From Porphyromonadaceae bacterium (GTDB lineage Bacteria; Bacteroidota; Bacteroidia; Bacteroidales; UBA12481), in NCBI GenBank assembly GCA_007280905.1, contig QYQM01000061.1:15952-79951 (forward strand): a stretch of 64,000 bases of DNA. Reading direction: 5' to 3'. The translations under genes and the position numbers were made by a program. Shown one piece after another: positions 47,329-58,960 of this stretch. Position 1 is the stretch's first letter, and each line of letters begins with the position of its first letter. The notes beneath the pieces were generated by a model. It did no database searches. It was not told the origin of the DNA and saw only the letters and a list, made by a program, of their open reading frames with translations.

Positions 47329-49479
47329 CTATTCGTCGTCGTCAGCTATATAGGCAGCCTGGAGTTTTTCCTGAACATCCGGCGGACATAAGGCATAGTC
47401 ACTGAATTTCATGGTGTAGGTAGCCCGGCCATTGGTGAGCGAACTTAACGTAGTCGAATACTTATTCAGTTCAGCCAGCGGAACCCTTACCCTAAGGTGT
47501 TCATAACGTCCCTCTGAATTCATTCCCAGAATCATGGCACGCCTTCCCTGAAGGTCACTCATCACATCACCCATGCGGTCACCCGGAACCAAAACTTCTA
47601 AATCGTAAATCGGTTCCATAATTTTCGGACCAGCCTTACGGAAGGCTTCTGCGAAAGCTTTTGCACCAGCCAACCGGAATGAAATTTCGTTGGAATCAAC
47701 CGGGTGCATCTTACCGTCGTAAACGAATACCCGGATATCCCGGGCATAAGATCCGGTAAGGGGACCATTCTCCAGTTTTTCCATCAGACCTTTCTGAATG
47801 GCCGGCAAGAAACGGGCCTCAATGGAACCGCCAACGATACAATTGTAGAATACCAGCTTACCACCCCAATCCAGAGGAATCTCTTCCTTACCGCGGATTG
47901 AAAGTTGCATATCCTTACCTTCTATTTTAAACAGGGTTTTTTCAGGGACCCCTTCTTCATGAGGTTCAATAATCATATGTACCTCACCAAATTGGCCGGA
48001 TCCGCCCGACTGCTTCTTGTGACGATAAGAAGCCTGAGCAACTTTCGTAATAGTTTCCCGGTATGGGATTTTTGGCGAAAGATATTCAGTAGGAATCTTA
48101 AAGGTATTATCAAGAAGCCATTTAACAATATTCAGGTGGTATTCACCCTGGCCATGTAAAATGATTTGTTTGAGTTCTTTTGAATATTCAACACGAAGTG
48201 AAGGATCTTCCTCGTGGAGACGGTGAAGGGCTTCACCCAATTTTTCATCATCCGACTCCTCTTTAGCTTTAATAGCAGCACGGAATTTGGGTTCCGGCAT
48301 CTCAATCGGGACTATAGGAGAATCAACACTTTTATCGGCCAAAGTTGTGAAAGTTCTCGTGTCCTTCAGCTTAACCGTACCTCCGATATCGCCGGGAAAC
48401 ATCGTGTCAACCTTTTGACGTCCTTTTCCGGCAACTACAAATAATTGAGAAACCCTTTCCTTAGCGTTTGTGTTAAGGTTCAATAGGTCAATACTTTCAG
48501 TAAGTTTCCCGGATATAACTTTAAAAAAGTTGATTTCTCCCAGATGCTGTTCGGTAAAAGTTTTAAAAACAAAGGCAACATTTGGCCCGGATTGGCCAAC
48601 TTTGATTTCAGTGCCATTTTTGAATTTGTATACGCTCTGATCCGGAGTTGGAGCATAATTAACAACGAAATCACAAAGGGGCTGAGTTCCCTGAACATTT
48701 TTAGCCGATGTGCAAAGAACCGGAAAAATCCCGCGTTCAACGATACCTTTTTTGAGCCCATCACGCAACTCTTCGTCAGTTAGCGTATCATTTGCGAAGA
48801 ATATTTCCATCAGGTTTTCATCAGCTTCTGCGGCCAATTCGACCAGACGTGCCAAATAATCACCGGCCTTTTTGGTTTCACTTGCAGGAATTTCGCTTTC
48901 AACCGGAGCGCCTCCGCCAACCGGATATTTTATTGCTTTTTTCCGGATAACATCAATAACCGTATCAAATCCAATACCCTCATTCATCGGATATTGAACA
49001 ACCACCACCTTTTGCCCGAACGCCTCACGTGCACTCTCAACAGCCTTATCGAAATGCGACTTTTCATGATCCAGCTGATTCACAACCATAATAACAGGCT
49101 TTTTATGCTTGCTGGTATATCTCATTAATGATTCAGTCCCCGTTTCAACCCCATTCTGAGCATTGATGAGAAGCAGTGCAAAATCTACTGCGCTCAGTGC
49201 AGCTATTGCAGCTCCAACAAAATCATCTGCACCAGGGGTGTCAATGATATTGATTTTATAATCTTTGTATTCAGTGTACAGTACAGTTGCATAAACCGAA
49301 TTGCCACGCTCGTGTTCAATTTCCTGGCAATCCGATACTGTGTTTTTGCTGCCAACATCCCCGCGCCGGCTGATCACACCTCCGTCAAACAATAGCGATT
49401 CGGCCAAGGTTGTTTTTCCTGACCCTGAATTGCCCAGAAGTGCAAGGTTCCGTATCTGATTCGTCTGGTAAACTTTCAT
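47329..49479 (-). CDS. fusA2: Elongation factor G paralog (EF-G2 type)
   Basis: GNSGSGKTT, DTPGADDF (no catalytic His), NQLD, KKQSGGSGQFG, domain IV insertion, HPVDSNEISF. Confidence 0.92.
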   Translation of the reverse strand: MKVYQTNQIRNLALLGNSGSGKTTLAESLLFDGGVISRRGDVGSKNTVSDCQEIEHERGNSVYATVLYTEYKDYKINIIDTPGADDFVGAAIAALSAVDFALLLINAQNGVETGTESLMRYTSKHKKPVIMVVNQLDHEKSHFDKAVESAREAFGQKVVVVQYPMNEGIGFDTVIDVIRKKAIKYPVGGGAPVESEIPASETKKAGDYLARLVELAAEADENLMEIFFANDTLTDEELRDGLKKGIVERGIFPVLCTSAKNVQGTQPLCDFVVNYAPTPDQSVYKFKNGTEIKVGQSGPNVAFVFKTFTEQHLGEINFFKVISGKLTESIDLLNLNTNAKERVSQLFVVAGKGRQKVDTMFPGDIGGTVKLKDTRTFTTLADKSVDSPIVPIEMPEPKFRAAIKAKEESDDEKLGEALHRLHEEDPSLRVEYSKELKQIILHGQGEYHLNIVKWLLDNTFKIPTEYLSPKIPYRETITKVAQASYRHKKQSGGSGQFGEVHMIIEPHEEGVPEKTLFKIEGKDMQLSIRGKEEIPLDWGGKLVFYNCIVGGSIEARFLPAIQKGLMEKLENGPLTGSYARDIRVFVYDGKMHPVDSNEISFRLAGAKAFAEAFRKAGPKIMEPIYDLEVLVPGDRMGDVMSDLQGRRAMILGMNSEGRYEHLRVRVPLAELNKYSTTLSSLTNGRATYTMKFSDYALCPPDVQEKLQAAYIADDDE

Positions 49480-49537
49480 AACTCCCTTAATTACTGGTAA
49501 AATGATGAGAAAACTTTCTTGCTAAAATTTTGGTCAG

Positions 49538-49545
49538 CAAAGCTA
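49538..49545 (-). promoter_or_regulatory. Bacteroidota -7 promoter element for EF-G2
   Basis: Minus strand TAGCTTTG about 60 nt upstream of the ATG. Confidence 0.55.
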
Positions 49546-49584
49546 AGTTTTTTTTTTTAGATTCAAGAGCCAGCAATCATTACC

Positions 49585-52449
49585 TCACTTTTTATAAAAT
49601 ACCAATAAGGAAGTAAGGATTACAGCAACCAGAATTAATGAAATCACTATTAACAAGGGATTTATCCGGTGATGGATTGAGATGCTTCCGGTATTGCCGA
49701 TGAGAACCTGTCCGGCCCAGAAATAGGGAGCACCGGTTGCCTTGGTGGCTTGATCGATATAGGTGTTTCGGGCTTTCATAAGTGCCTCACGCTGATCCAT
49801 CCCTTCATATAGATTCCGGAAAAAGAATTTCATAATGGTTGCCGAGGATTGATCATCAATCGTCCACAAAGTTGTAATCACGGAGGGTACACCAGCGAAT
49901 TGAAAACCTCTCGCCATACTCATAATTCCTTCACCAACCTGTAATTTTCCCGTTCCGGTATTACAGGCATTTAATATGACCAGCGAGGATTTGATTTTTA
50001 GCGACATCATTTCGAAAAGATAAAGACTCCAATCGGGTTCAGAGGGGTTTAAGAGAAGTCTTGATTGCATGGGATGGTTAGGATTCATGATGCCGTGCGT
50101 GGAAAGGGTTATCACTGATTCCCGCTGAAATGCACGTCGAAGGGATTGCTCTCCGGCTTTTTCGTTTTTAAAGATCCTGGTCCTGAAGTATTTGGAAACA
50201 GAATTTATTTCCTTGCCTGAATTCTCGAGGGCCAATAAATTAAGAGTATCCAATCTGGCTCCTTTGCTAATAAAGGGTGCGAACGCATAAACAGTTGACT
50301 TTCCTCTTTTTCCCGGGTTACTTCTGAACTGGTAAAGTTGTTCATGCGAAGAAATGTAAGATATCTGATATTTTCGGTTGAGGTAACTTAATTTCCTGAA
50401 ATCAGAACCTTTGGGTCTTAGGGTATCGGAGACGAAAACCTCGAAAGGAAGAAAGCCCAGTTCCTCATCCGGAAGAATAATCAGCTGGTTAATTCCACTG
50501 AACTTTTCAATCGGAGCAAAAAAGTATTGATACATTAAGTTCGACAATCTGCTGAATTCCTGAAAAACCCTGGTATCAATATATGATGTTATAGAGGCAT
50601 GAAAAGCGGTTATATCTTTCCTAAACTGATTTGGCAAAGTATTGCGGTAGGTAAACAGGGTATCACGAGTCAAAACCATGACGATCATGTAATCCTGTGA
50701 TAACCTGTTGTCCCGCACCACTGTATAATCAACCAGGGCTTCACCCGGATTAATCAATTTCTGAATGTCTTCGGTAAAATAACCATGGTTGGAGTATACC
50801 ATTTTAAAATACTCCGGATTCTCCCTTCTGGCTGTTATCCCGATGTTTTTTAATTTATCGGTAAGGTCCGATAGTCGGGTTTGTAACGAAATAATACTGT
50901 CAGTCTGAGAATTTGTTCCGGCAGAAATGCTGATAAGCCTCGACTCGATCTTATTGATTGACTGTTTGATACTATCTTCAAGGGTTATCCAGGGAGCTAC
51001 ATTTCCCATATATTCGCGAGCCTGGTTAGTTCGGAGGAATTCATTCAAAGTCGCCGATTTGTTCCGTTCAGATAACTGAAACGCTTGTTCAAGATATTTT
51101 TTTTCTCCCGTTAGCTTATATAGATCCAAGGCCATGTCCAGCGCATTGAAAAAATGGATTTTGGCTTCCGAGGCTAGATAAGGTTTGCTTTCAAATGAAT
51201 ACATGAATCGAAGTGTATCCATCATTTCAAGAGCAACCATAAAGGTTTTCAAACCATTGACAAGATCGTCAGGGTTATGTAGCTGATTATACCTTCTATG
51301 GTAGGTGTGAGCTTTATAGGCAGTGAATTCAGCGAGTTGAGGAGTGACTTTGTTAATGCGGGGATTTGTCGAAAGATCAGTCTGGGAGCAGGTTGGATCA
51401 AGCCAGAATAAGGCTTTCTGGAAATATTCCAATGCCTTGGTGTACTCTTCTTTCCCCCCATAACTGGCACCAAGGTTAGCGTAATATGGAGCAGGGTTTC
51501 TGCCCGACAGGATAGCATATTCTATTGCTTTGGAGAAACATAACCTGGCGCTGTCAGTGTTGTCCAAATATTGGTAACAATGACCGATATTGTTAATCAC
51601 CACGATAAATTCCTGTTTGCTCAGGCCTGGTATTTTTGATTTTACCTTGAGCGATTGATTAAAATAATTTAGAGATTCCCTGAAGTTTCCCCGTCGGTTG
51701 AACAATACGCCCAGTTCATTTAAAACCTGTGCTACAGCCGGTAAACTATCAAGATCCCTATATATTGAAAGGGATTCAATGAGTACAGAATCGGCCGTCT
51801 GGTTAGAGCTATTCATGGTAGATAAAATCGAGCTTAAATCGCTTAAGTCCTCAGCCAGAATAACAATTCGGCCAATTTTGCGGTTTAAACTGATCGACCG
51901 CTCGAAATTTCTGGCTGATTCAAACAGGTCGCCTGTTTTTTTATATAATCTGGCCAGTTCTCCATAGGAATCAGCGAGCAGGATACGGTTTAATGTCCCG
52001 TTAACCGGTCGGATCGCAATAGAGGCTAAAAGACTGTCGGCCGCCTGGTTATTAGAGGTTGCTGACGAAAGAATAAGTGAATGGTACAGTAAGCGGTTTG
52101 CCCGTATACCTGGCTTGTCGTTATGATCATCGCTGAATTTAAGATAGTTATTGTAGGCAATATGGGAGGATGTTAAGTTGTCTGACCAGGCACTGAAAAT
52201 GGCAGCTTCAAGCCATATTTCGGCAAGATCGGAAGTGTTCTGGGTTTGCATATTGGCCATGGATTGATAGATATACTTGGCGGCTTCCCTTCGTTTTCCT
52301 TCAAACGCCAACTGGTTGAGCCTGGTTGTGTCGATAAAACCGGCTGGTTCCTGAATGGCTGCACTAACAGGATCATGCCGGACCAGGACCAACGTAATTG
52401 TTATAATAATCAGTATTTTAGTAACTTTTATCATCAAGATCTTTTCCAT
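49585..52449 (-). CDS. TPR-repeat CHAT (caspase-family) domain protein with signal peptide and C-terminal TM anchor
   Basis: TPR units (LNELG, INNIG, YANLG), LIILPDEELGFLPFE, LSTHG, ILNACNTG, GEG.MSMARGFQFAG, TLWTIDD, PYFWAG. Confidence 0.9.
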   Translation of the reverse strand: MEKILMIKVTKILIIITITLVLVRHDPVSAAIQEPAGFIDTTRLNQLAFEGKRREAAKYIYQSMANMQTQNTSDLAEIWLEAAIFSAWSDNLTSSHIAYNNYLKFSDDHNDKPGIRANRLLYHSLILSSATSNNQAADSLLASIAIRPVNGTLNRILLADSYGELARLYKKTGDLFESARNFERSISLNRKIGRIVILAEDLSDLSSILSTMNSSNQTADSVLIESLSIYRDLDSLPAVAQVLNELGVLFNRRGNFRESLNYFNQSLKVKSKIPGLSKQEFIVVINNIGHCYQYLDNTDSARLCFSKAIEYAILSGRNPAPYYANLGASYGGKEEYTKALEYFQKALFWLDPTCSQTDLSTNPRINKVTPQLAEFTAYKAHTYHRRYNQLHNPDDLVNGLKTFMVALEMMDTLRFMYSFESKPYLASEAKIHFFNALDMALDLYKLTGEKKYLEQAFQLSERNKSATLNEFLRTNQAREYMGNVAPWITLEDSIKQSINKIESRLISISAGTNSQTDSIISLQTRLSDLTDKLKNIGITARRENPEYFKMVYSNHGYFTEDIQKLINPGEALVDYTVVRDNRLSQDYMIVMVLTRDTLFTYRNTLPNQFRKDITAFHASITSYIDTRVFQEFSRLSNLMYQYFFAPIEKFSGINQLIILPDEELGFLPFEVFVSDTLRPKGSDFRKLSYLNRKYQISYISSHEQLYQFRSNPGKRGKSTVYAFAPFISKGARLDTLNLLALENSGKEINSVSKYFRTRIFKNEKAGEQSLRRAFQRESVITLSTHGIMNPNHPMQSRLLLNPSEPDWSLYLFEMMSLKIKSSLVILNACNTGTGKLQVGEGIMSMARGFQFAGVPSVITTLWTIDDQSSATIMKFFFRNLYEGMDQREALMKARNTYIDQATKATGAPYFWAGQVLIGNTGSISIHHRINPLLIVISLILVAVILTSLLVFYKK

Positions 52450-52623
52450 GACAATCCCAACAAATATATTATATTATATGTAGGTCCTTTCGAAATTGCC
52501 ATGCAGTAATTGTTAAAAAAGATAGAATTGCAAAAAAAATTCAAAAAGATGGGTTACCTTTATACCCAAATCGGCATTAAGTTAAGCCAAAGTAAATCTT
52601 TGATAAATCGAAAGGAAGATATT

Positions 52624-53061
52624 ATGAGGAAAAACATAATGAGCATAATCTTGACAGGGGTATTTGCATGGATGGCAATGGGTACCCAGGCTCAAAATTT
52701 CCGCATCGAAATTGTTAAGGGACAGGTTGTGGACCTTAACCAGGATCATCACTGGGATTTCGTAACTTTTGGATTAACTGGTCCGGCTTCATTTAGTGTT
52801 ACTTATGTCGAAATTCTGAATGAGAACGGAACATCTTGTGGTATCGTTTATAATCCAATGCGGATTTCCAGGGATCGGATTTCCTGGTTTCTCATCAACC
52901 TTGAAGAATTTAACACGCAACGGGTTTTCTATTTGAAGGTTCATGTTGTAAAGAATAATGGATCCACTTCCGATAGTATTAGTTTGATGACCACACCACA
53001 AAATGCAGGAACCAGCCCGATTGTTCCTGATGAGACCATCTTAATTGTTAAGTATCCGTAA
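52624..53061 (+). CDS. Hypothetical secreted protein (145 aa), divergent from the CHAT gene
   Basis: Likely ATG at 52624, MRKNIMSIILTGVFAWMAMGTQA|Q signal peptide, followed by a terminator. Confidence 0.72.
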   Translation: MRKNIMSIILTGVFAWMAMGTQAQNFRIEIVKGQVVDLNQDHHWDFVTFGLTGPASFSVTYVEILNENGTSCGIVYNPMRISRDRISWFLINLEEFNTQRVFYLKVHVVKNNGSTSDSISLMTTPQNAGTSPIVPDETILIVKYP

Positions 53062-53089
53062 ACCGGATCCAATCAGGTCAATGATATAC

Positions 53090-53116
53090 AGTCCCGGTCA
53101 TCCGGGACTTTTTTTT
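53090..53116 (+). terminator. Intrinsic terminator
   Basis: AGTCCCGG TCAT CCGGGACT TTTTTTT. Confidence 0.9.
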
Positions 53117-53156
53117 GAAATTTTGCATTGGCGTTCGTTTTTCTGAAAAAAACTTT

Positions 53157-53164
53157 TACCTTTG
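53157..53164 (+). promoter_or_regulatory. -7 promoter element of the str operon
   Basis: TACCTTTG 43 nt upstream of rpsL. Confidence 0.7.
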
Positions 53165-53207
53165 CGAACCATTTTGTTAAAAACAAGCGGGTTAAAAAAA
53201 GCTCATA

Positions 53208-53582
53208 ATGCCTACGATACAGCAATTAGTAAGAAAAGGTAGAATCAGTAAGAATGATAAGAGCAAAGCTCCGGCTCTTGATTCTTGTCCTCAGCGCCGC
53301 GGAGTTTGTGTGAGGGTTTATACGACCACACCTAAGAAGCCAAACTCTGCCATGCGGAAAGTTGCCAGGGTACGATTGACGAACCAGAAGGAAGTCAATG
53401 TGTATATACCAGGTGAAGGTCATAATCTTCAGGAGCACTCCATTGTACTGGTACGCGGTGGAAGGGTTAAAGATCTTCCGGGTGTTCGCTACCATATGGT
53501 AAGGGGTACATTAGATGCTGCCGGTGTTGATGGCAGAAAACAGAGAAGATCAAAATACGGTGCCAAAAGGCCTAAAAAATAG
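53208..53582 (+). CDS. rpsL: 30S ribosomal protein S12
   Basis: [29 protein letters not shown]. Confidence 0.99.
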   Translation: MPTIQQLVRKGRISKNDKSKAPALDSCPQRRGVCVRVYTTTPKKPNSAMRKVARVRLTNQKEVNVYIPGEGHNLQEHSIVLVRGGRVKDLPGVRYHMVRGTLDAAGVDGRKQRRSKYGAKRPKK

Positions 53583-53607
53583 TCTGTTACAGTAAGCAAT
53601 TTTTTCT

Positions 53608-54084
53608 ATGAGAAAAGCGAGAGCCAAAAAGAATATAGTACTTCCGGATCCCAAATTTGGTGATGCCCGGGTCACCCGCTTCGTAAATGACCTGATGTAC
53701 AGCGGGAAGAAAAGTATTGCTTTTGCCAATTTCTACGATGCTTTGGAATTGGTGGGAAAGAAAACACAGGACAGCGGATTATCCGCTCTTGATGTATGGA
53801 AGAAGGCACTTGAAAACATTACTCCTGCAGTGGAAGTAAAAAGCCGCAGGGTTGGTGGTGCTACCTTCCAGGTTCCTATGGAAATTCGGCCCGACCGGAA
53901 AATATCCATCGGAAACAAGAACCTGATCGCCTTTGCACGTAAACGTGCCGGTCGGTCGATGAGTGAGAAATTAGCTGCAGAAATTGTAGCTGCATTTAAC
54001 GAAGAAGGCGCAGCTTTCAAGAAAAAGGAAGATACGCACCGGATGGCCGAAGCAAACCGGGCATTCGCGCATTTCCGGTTTTAA
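53608..54084 (+). CDS. rpsG: 30S ribosomal protein S7
   Basis: [23 protein letters not shown]. Confidence 0.98.
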   Translation: MRKARAKKNIVLPDPKFGDARVTRFVNDLMYSGKKSIAFANFYDALELVGKKTQDSGLSALDVWKKALENITPAVEVKSRRVGGATFQVPMEIRPDRKISIGNKNLIAFARKRAGRSMSEKLAAEIVAAFNEEGAAFKKKEDTHRMAEANRAFAHFRF

Positions 54085-54112
54085 CCGGAGCAAAGTTCTT
54101 TGACACGTTGGG

Positions 54113-56218
54113 ATGGCACTAGATCTCTCTTATACCAGAAACATCGGTATTATGGCGCATATTGATGCGGGAAAAACCACTACTACCGAGCGCATTCTGT
54201 TTTATACCGGAATTAATCACCGGATGGGAGAAGTTCATGACGGTGCTGCAACTATGGATTGGATGATACAGGAGCAGGAACGGGGGATTACAATAACCTC
54301 TGCCGCAACCACTACCTGGTGGAAATATGACGGGCAGAACTACAAATTTAATATTATAGATACGCCCGGCCATGTTGATTTCACTGTTGAAGTGGAAAGA
54401 TCTCTTCGCGTGCTCGATGGAGCAATAGCCGTTTTTTGCGGTGTTAGCGGGGTAGAACCACAATCTGAAACTGTCTGGCATCAAGCTGATAAATACAAGG
54501 TTCCCCGAATCGCTTTTGTTAACAAGATGGACAGACCCGGCTCCGATTTTATTGGCGTCCTGAATGAAATGAAGGAAAAACTGGGGGCTAAACCCCTTGC
54601 AATCCAAATTCCAATCGGAATAGAAGATAAGTTTATCGGAGTAGTCGACCTGATACAAAACAAAGCCCTAATTTGGCCGGAAGAAGATTTTCTCGGATCA
54701 CACCCTGAGATTCATCCCATACCGGCGGATATGCGGGAACAGGCTGAAGAATGGCGAAACTTGCTGATTGAATCAGTTTGTGAAACCGATGACCTGCTTC
54801 TGGAAAGGTTTTTTGCAGATAAAGATAGCATCCAAGCCAATGACCTGTTGACTGCAATTCGGACTGCAACCCTTAACAGGGTTCTAATTCCGGTTCTTTG
54901 CGGATCAGCATTTAAAAATAAAGGCGTGCAGCCTCTGCTTAATGCAATTGCTGCTTTCTTACCTGGCCCACTTGATGTTGGAGCGGTTCAGGGTTTAGAT
55001 CCTGTAACTAACCAAATCGTGAGCAGGGATTCTGATCCAAACGCGCCTTTCGCAGCACTCGCTTTTAAAATTGCTACTGACCCATTTGTTGGCCGTTTGG
55101 CTTACTTGAGGGTTTACTCCGGGACAATCCATTCGGGAGCCACTGTTTTTAACATGCGTACCGAAAAAAGAGAAAGGATTACCCGACTATATCAAATGCA
55201 TGCAAACAAGCAGAATCCGCGTGATCAGGTGGAGGCAGGTGATATTTGTGCAGCCGTCGGATTTAAAGACATAAAGACCGGCGATACTCTGTGTGAAGAA
55301 AACCATAAAATCCTGCTCGAATCTATCAGTTTTCCTGAACCCGTTCTTGGTATGGCCGTTGAGGCAAGAACCCAGGATGATATGGCAAGACTGACTGATG
55401 CTCTTCAAAAACTGGTAGAGGAGGATCCAACTTTTAGGGTTAAAATCGATGAGGAATCTGGTCAGACAGTTTTAAGCGGGATGGGTGAACTGCATCTTGA
55501 AATTATACTGGACCGACTCAAAAGGGAATTCAAACTCGAAATTAATCGCGGACTTCCACAGGTAGCCTATAAGGAATCAATCCGGCAGGAAGCTGAAATG
55601 CATACCATTTTCAGAAAAAACACCGGAGGACGGAATCTTTTTGCTGACATACACGTGAAGATTTCTCCTGAAACCGCACAGAAGGGCCTTGAATTTATTT
55701 CAGAATTAAAACCGGACGAACTTCCCAAATCATACATCGCAGCTGTTGAACGAGGCTTTAAAAATGCCATGAACAGCGGTGTATTAGCCGGGTTTCCATT
55801 AAATCGATTGAAAGTGACATTAACCGGTGGATCTTTTCACCCCGTTGATTCTGATGATCTTTCTTTCGAAATCGCAGCACAAAAAGCTTTTCGTGAAGGT
55901 TGTGAGAAATCGCAACCGGTTCTATTGGAACCAATCATGAGCCTTGAAGTTGTTTCTCCGGAAGAATTCGTGGGAGATGTAATTGCCGATCTCAACAAAA
56001 GGCGTGGACAAGTTACCGGGATGGAAAATAAACCCGGCGGACGTGTGGTTAAAGCTACAGTACCCCTTTCCGAACAGTTCGGATATGTAACGGTACTCAG
56101 GACATTAACCTCCGGACGAGCCAGTTCAACCATGGAAGTATCTCATTATGATGAAGTACCTCGTGAAATAGCCATCGCCGTGTTACAAAAAGTATTTGGA
56201 AGAGTGGATTTATTGTAG
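54113..56218 (+). CDS. fusA: Elongation factor G
   Basis: [26 protein letters not shown]; str operon position. Confidence 0.97.
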   Translation: MALDLSYTRNIGIMAHIDAGKTTTTERILFYTGINHRMGEVHDGAATMDWMIQEQERGITITSAATTTWWKYDGQNYKFNIIDTPGHVDFTVEVERSLRVLDGAIAVFCGVSGVEPQSETVWHQADKYKVPRIAFVNKMDRPGSDFIGVLNEMKEKLGAKPLAIQIPIGIEDKFIGVVDLIQNKALIWPEEDFLGSHPEIHPIPADMREQAEEWRNLLIESVCETDDLLLERFFADKDSIQANDLLTAIRTATLNRVLIPVLCGSAFKNKGVQPLLNAIAAFLPGPLDVGAVQGLDPVTNQIVSRDSDPNAPFAALAFKIATDPFVGRLAYLRVYSGTIHSGATVFNMRTEKRERITRLYQMHANKQNPRDQVEAGDICAAVGFKDIKTGDTLCEENHKILLESISFPEPVLGMAVEARTQDDMARLTDALQKLVEEDPTFRVKIDEESGQTVLSGMGELHLEIILDRLKREFKLEINRGLPQVAYKESIRQEAEMHTIFRKNTGGRNLFADIHVKISPETAQKGLEFISELKPDELPKSYIAAVERGFKNAMNSGVLAGFPLNRLKVTLTGGSFHPVDSDDLSFEIAAQKAFREGCEKSQPVLLEPIMSLEVVSPEEFVGDVIADLNKRRGQVTGMENKPGGRVVKATVPLSEQFGYVTVLRTLTSGRASSTMEVSHYDEVPREIAIAVLQKVFGRVDLL

Positions 56219-56234
56219 ATAAATATATATAGGA

Positions 56235-56540
56235 ATGAGTCAGAAAATTAGAATTAAGTTGAAGTCTTACGATCACAACCTGGCGGACAAGTCTGCCGAG
56301 AAAATCGTAAAAACGGTAAAAAGTACCGGAGCCGTTGTTAGCGGTCCGATACCACTTCCTACCCATACCAGGGTGTTTACTGTTCTGAGATCAACTTTCG
56401 TAAACAAAAAGTCGAGAGAACAATTTCAGCTGTGCTCATACAAAAGGCTGATTGACATCTACGGCTCAACAGCAAAAACGATCGATGCACTGATGAAACT
56501 GGAGCTGCCCAGCGGAGTTGAAGTTGAAATAAAAGTATAA
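56235..56540 (+). CDS. rpsJ: 30S ribosomal protein S10
   Basis: [22 protein letters not shown]. Confidence 0.98.
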   Translation: MSQKIRIKLKSYDHNLADKSAEKIVKTVKSTGAVVSGPIPLPTHTRVFTVLRSTFVNKKSREQFQLCSYKRLIDIYGSTAKTIDALMKLELPSGVEVEIKV

Positions 56541-56557
56541 TTCTAAGAGCTAATAAA

Positions 56558-57178
56558 ATGCAAGGCTTAATCGGGAAAAAGATCGGGATGACTTCAGTTT
56601 TCGCTGCTGATGGGAAAAATGTTCCATGCACCGTAATTGAAGTGGGTCCTTGTGTGGTTACCCAGATCAAAACTCACGAAATTGATGGGTATGAGGCTGT
56701 GCAGGTGGCCTTTGACGATAAAAAGGATAAGAACACCCCAAAACCGATGTTGGGTCATTTCAAAAAGGCCAACACCACACCAAAACGTGAAGTTGCCGAG
56801 TTCAAAAAGGACACCGGCGAAGTTCTGAAACTCGGGGACGTTATAACAGTGGATACCTTTAGTAATGATCGCTGGGTTGACGTCACAGGAGTAACAAAAG
56901 GAAAAGGATTTCAGGGTGTTATTAAACGTCATGGTTTCTCCGGAGTAGGGGATAGCACTCATGGCCAGCATAATCGCTTGCGTGCACCGGGTTCACTCGG
57001 AGCTTCATCTTATCCTAGCCGCGTTTTTAAAGGGATGAGGATGGCCGGCCACGATGGCGTTACTAACGTTAAGTTGCTTAGTCTTCAAGTCCTGAAAATT
57101 GTTCCGGAACATAACTTGATGATTGTGAAAGGTTCGGTTCCTGGTGCGAAAGGTTCATACGTAATAATTGAGAAGTGA
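56558..57178 (+). CDS. rplC: 50S ribosomal protein L3
   Basis: [20 protein letters not shown]. Confidence 0.98.
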   Translation: MQGLIGKKIGMTSVFAADGKNVPCTVIEVGPCVVTQIKTHEIDGYEAVQVAFDDKKDKNTPKPMLGHFKKANTTPKREVAEFKKDTGEVLKLGDVITVDTFSNDRWVDVTGVTKGKGFQGVIKRHGFSGVGDSTHGQHNRLRAPGSLGASSYPSRVFKGMRMAGHDGVTNVKLLSLQVLKIVPEHNLMIVKGSVPGAKGSYVIIEK

Positions 57179-57807
57179 TGAAATTAGCAGTATACAAGAC
57201 TTCCGGCGAAGAGACCGGGCGAACCGTGGAGCTGCGCGACGATGTTTTTGCCATCAGTCCGAATGATCATGCTATTTATCTGGATGTAAAGCAATTCATG
57301 GCGAATAAACGCCAGGGAACGCACAAATCCAAAGAACGTAACGAGATTCGCGGAAGTTCCAAGAAGATCAAAAAGCAAAAAGGTACCGGCGGAGCTCGCG
57401 CAGGTAATATTAAGTCGCCACTGTTTCGGGGAGGTGGACGGGTTTTCGGACCCGTACCACGTGATTACAGTTTTAAACTGAATAAAAAAGTAAAGATTCT
57501 TGCCCGTAAATCTGCATTGACTTATAAGGCGCAAGGATCACAGATCGTGGTGGTTGAGGATTTCATCATGGATGAACCAAAGACCCGGACAATGGTTGAG
57601 ATCCAGCAAAACCTCAAATCAGAGAACAAAAAATTGTTATTGGTTTTAAATCAACCGAATAAAAACATATATTTGTCCTCTCGAAATTTGCAGGGTATCA
57701 AAGTCATAATGGTCTCGGATCTAAATACTTATGATATATTAAATGCTTCATCTGTAGCCTTCCTGGAGAGTTCGATTGAAGCTTTGAATGGAAATTTCGG
57801 ACAATAA
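57178..57807 (+). CDS. rplD: 50S ribosomal protein L4
   Basis: [26 protein letters not shown]. Confidence 0.98.
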   Translation: MKLAVYKTSGEETGRTVELRDDVFAISPNDHAIYLDVKQFMANKRQGTHKSKERNEIRGSSKKIKKQKGTGGARAGNIKSPLFRGGGRVFGPVPRDYSFKLNKKVKILARKSALTYKAQGSQIVVVEDFIMDEPKTRTMVEIQQNLKSENKKLLLVLNQPNKNIYLSSRNLQGIKVIMVSDLNTYDILNASSVAFLESSIEALNGNFGQ

Positions 57808-57819
57808 GAACTGGTAACA

Positions 57820-58110
57820 ATGGATATTCTGATCAAGCCGATTGTAACGGAGAAAATGACAGGGCAGACCGAAGACCTTAAGTGTTACGGTTTTATCGTA
57901 GACAAAAGGGCCAATAAAAATCAGATTAAGAAGGCCGTACAGGATATGTACGGGGTTTCAGTTGTTTCCGTTAACACGATGCGTTACGGCGGCAAAGAAA
58001 AATCGAGATTTTCACGCACTGGAGTGGTACGTGGACGGAGCAGCGCCTTTAAGAAAGCGATTGTTTCCCTGATTGATGGAGAGGTCATAGATTTTTACAG
58101 CAATATTTAA
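57820..58110 (+). CDS. rplW: 50S ribosomal protein L23
   Basis: KPIVTEK, ANK.QIK, FKKAIV. Confidence 0.97.
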   Translation: MDILIKPIVTEKMTGQTEDLKCYGFIVDKRANKNQIKKAVQDMYGVSVVSVNTMRYGGKEKSRFSRTGVVRGRSSAFKKAIVSLIDGEVIDFYSNI

Positions 58111-58117
58111 CTAAGCA

Positions 58118-58942
58118 ATGGCAGTTCGCAGTTTTAATCCCGTAACACCGGGGCAGAGAAAAAAGGTTATCGGAACGTACGAGGAAATTACTCAGACGAC
58201 ACCCGAAAAATCTTTATTGAAGCCAGCTAGAAAATCTGGTGGACGGAACAATAGCGGCCGGATGACCATGAGGTATCTGGGTGGCGGTCATAAACAAATG
58301 TATCGTGTTATCGACTTTAAAAGAGATAAAGACGGTATCCCGGCTAAAGTTTCGACCATTGAATACGATCCAAACCGTACAGCACGTATTGCTTTATTGG
58401 TTTACGCCGACGGAGAAAAAAAGTATATCATCGCCCCTAACGGGTTGAGCATTGGCCAGGAATTAATGTCGGGAGCCGGAATAGCTCCTGAGATTGGCAA
58501 TAGCCTTCCTTTGGGTGAAATACCGCTGGGTACAATTGTTCACAATATCGAACTTCGCCCCGGACAGGGTGGAGCTATGGCCAGAGGTGCCGGAACTTAT
58601 GCCCAGGTCGTCTCCAGGGAAGGACGATATGCCATTGTTAAATTGCCATCAGGCGAAACCAGACTGGTTCTTGTTGCTTGTCGTGCTACTATCGGAACAG
58701 TTTCAAATTCCGATCATGGACTGGAAAGCGATGGGAAAGCCGGTCGGGTAAGATGGCAGGGACGCCGTCCAAGAGTTAGAGGTGTGGTTATGAACCCGGT
58801 GGATCATCCAATGGGTGGCGGAGAAGGCCGTGCTTCTGGCGGACATCCGCGTTCCAGAAAGGGTTTGTTGGCTAAAGGATACAAAACCCGGCATCCTAAG
58901 AAATCATCGTCTAAGTTTATCCTTGAAAGACGTAAAAAGTAA
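58118..58942 (+). CDS. rplB: 50S ribosomal protein L2
   Basis: [30 protein letters not shown]. Confidence 0.99.
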   Translation: MAVRSFNPVTPGQRKKVIGTYEEITQTTPEKSLLKPARKSGGRNNSGRMTMRYLGGGHKQMYRVIDFKRDKDGIPAKVSTIEYDPNRTARIALLVYADGEKKYIIAPNGLSIGQELMSGAGIAPEIGNSLPLGEIPLGTIVHNIELRPGQGGAMARGAGTYAQVVSREGRYAIVKLPSGETRLVLVACRATIGTVSNSDHGLESDGKAGRVRWQGRRPRVRGVVMNPVDHPMGGGEGRASGGHPRSRKGLLAKGYKTRHPKKSSSKFILERRKK

Positions 58943-58960
58943 CTGATAATAAACTACTGT

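Noticed and set aside
56218-56235. tuf missing after fusA
   Set aside because: rpsL-rpsG-fusA-rpsJ without tuf is the normal Bacteroidota arrangement
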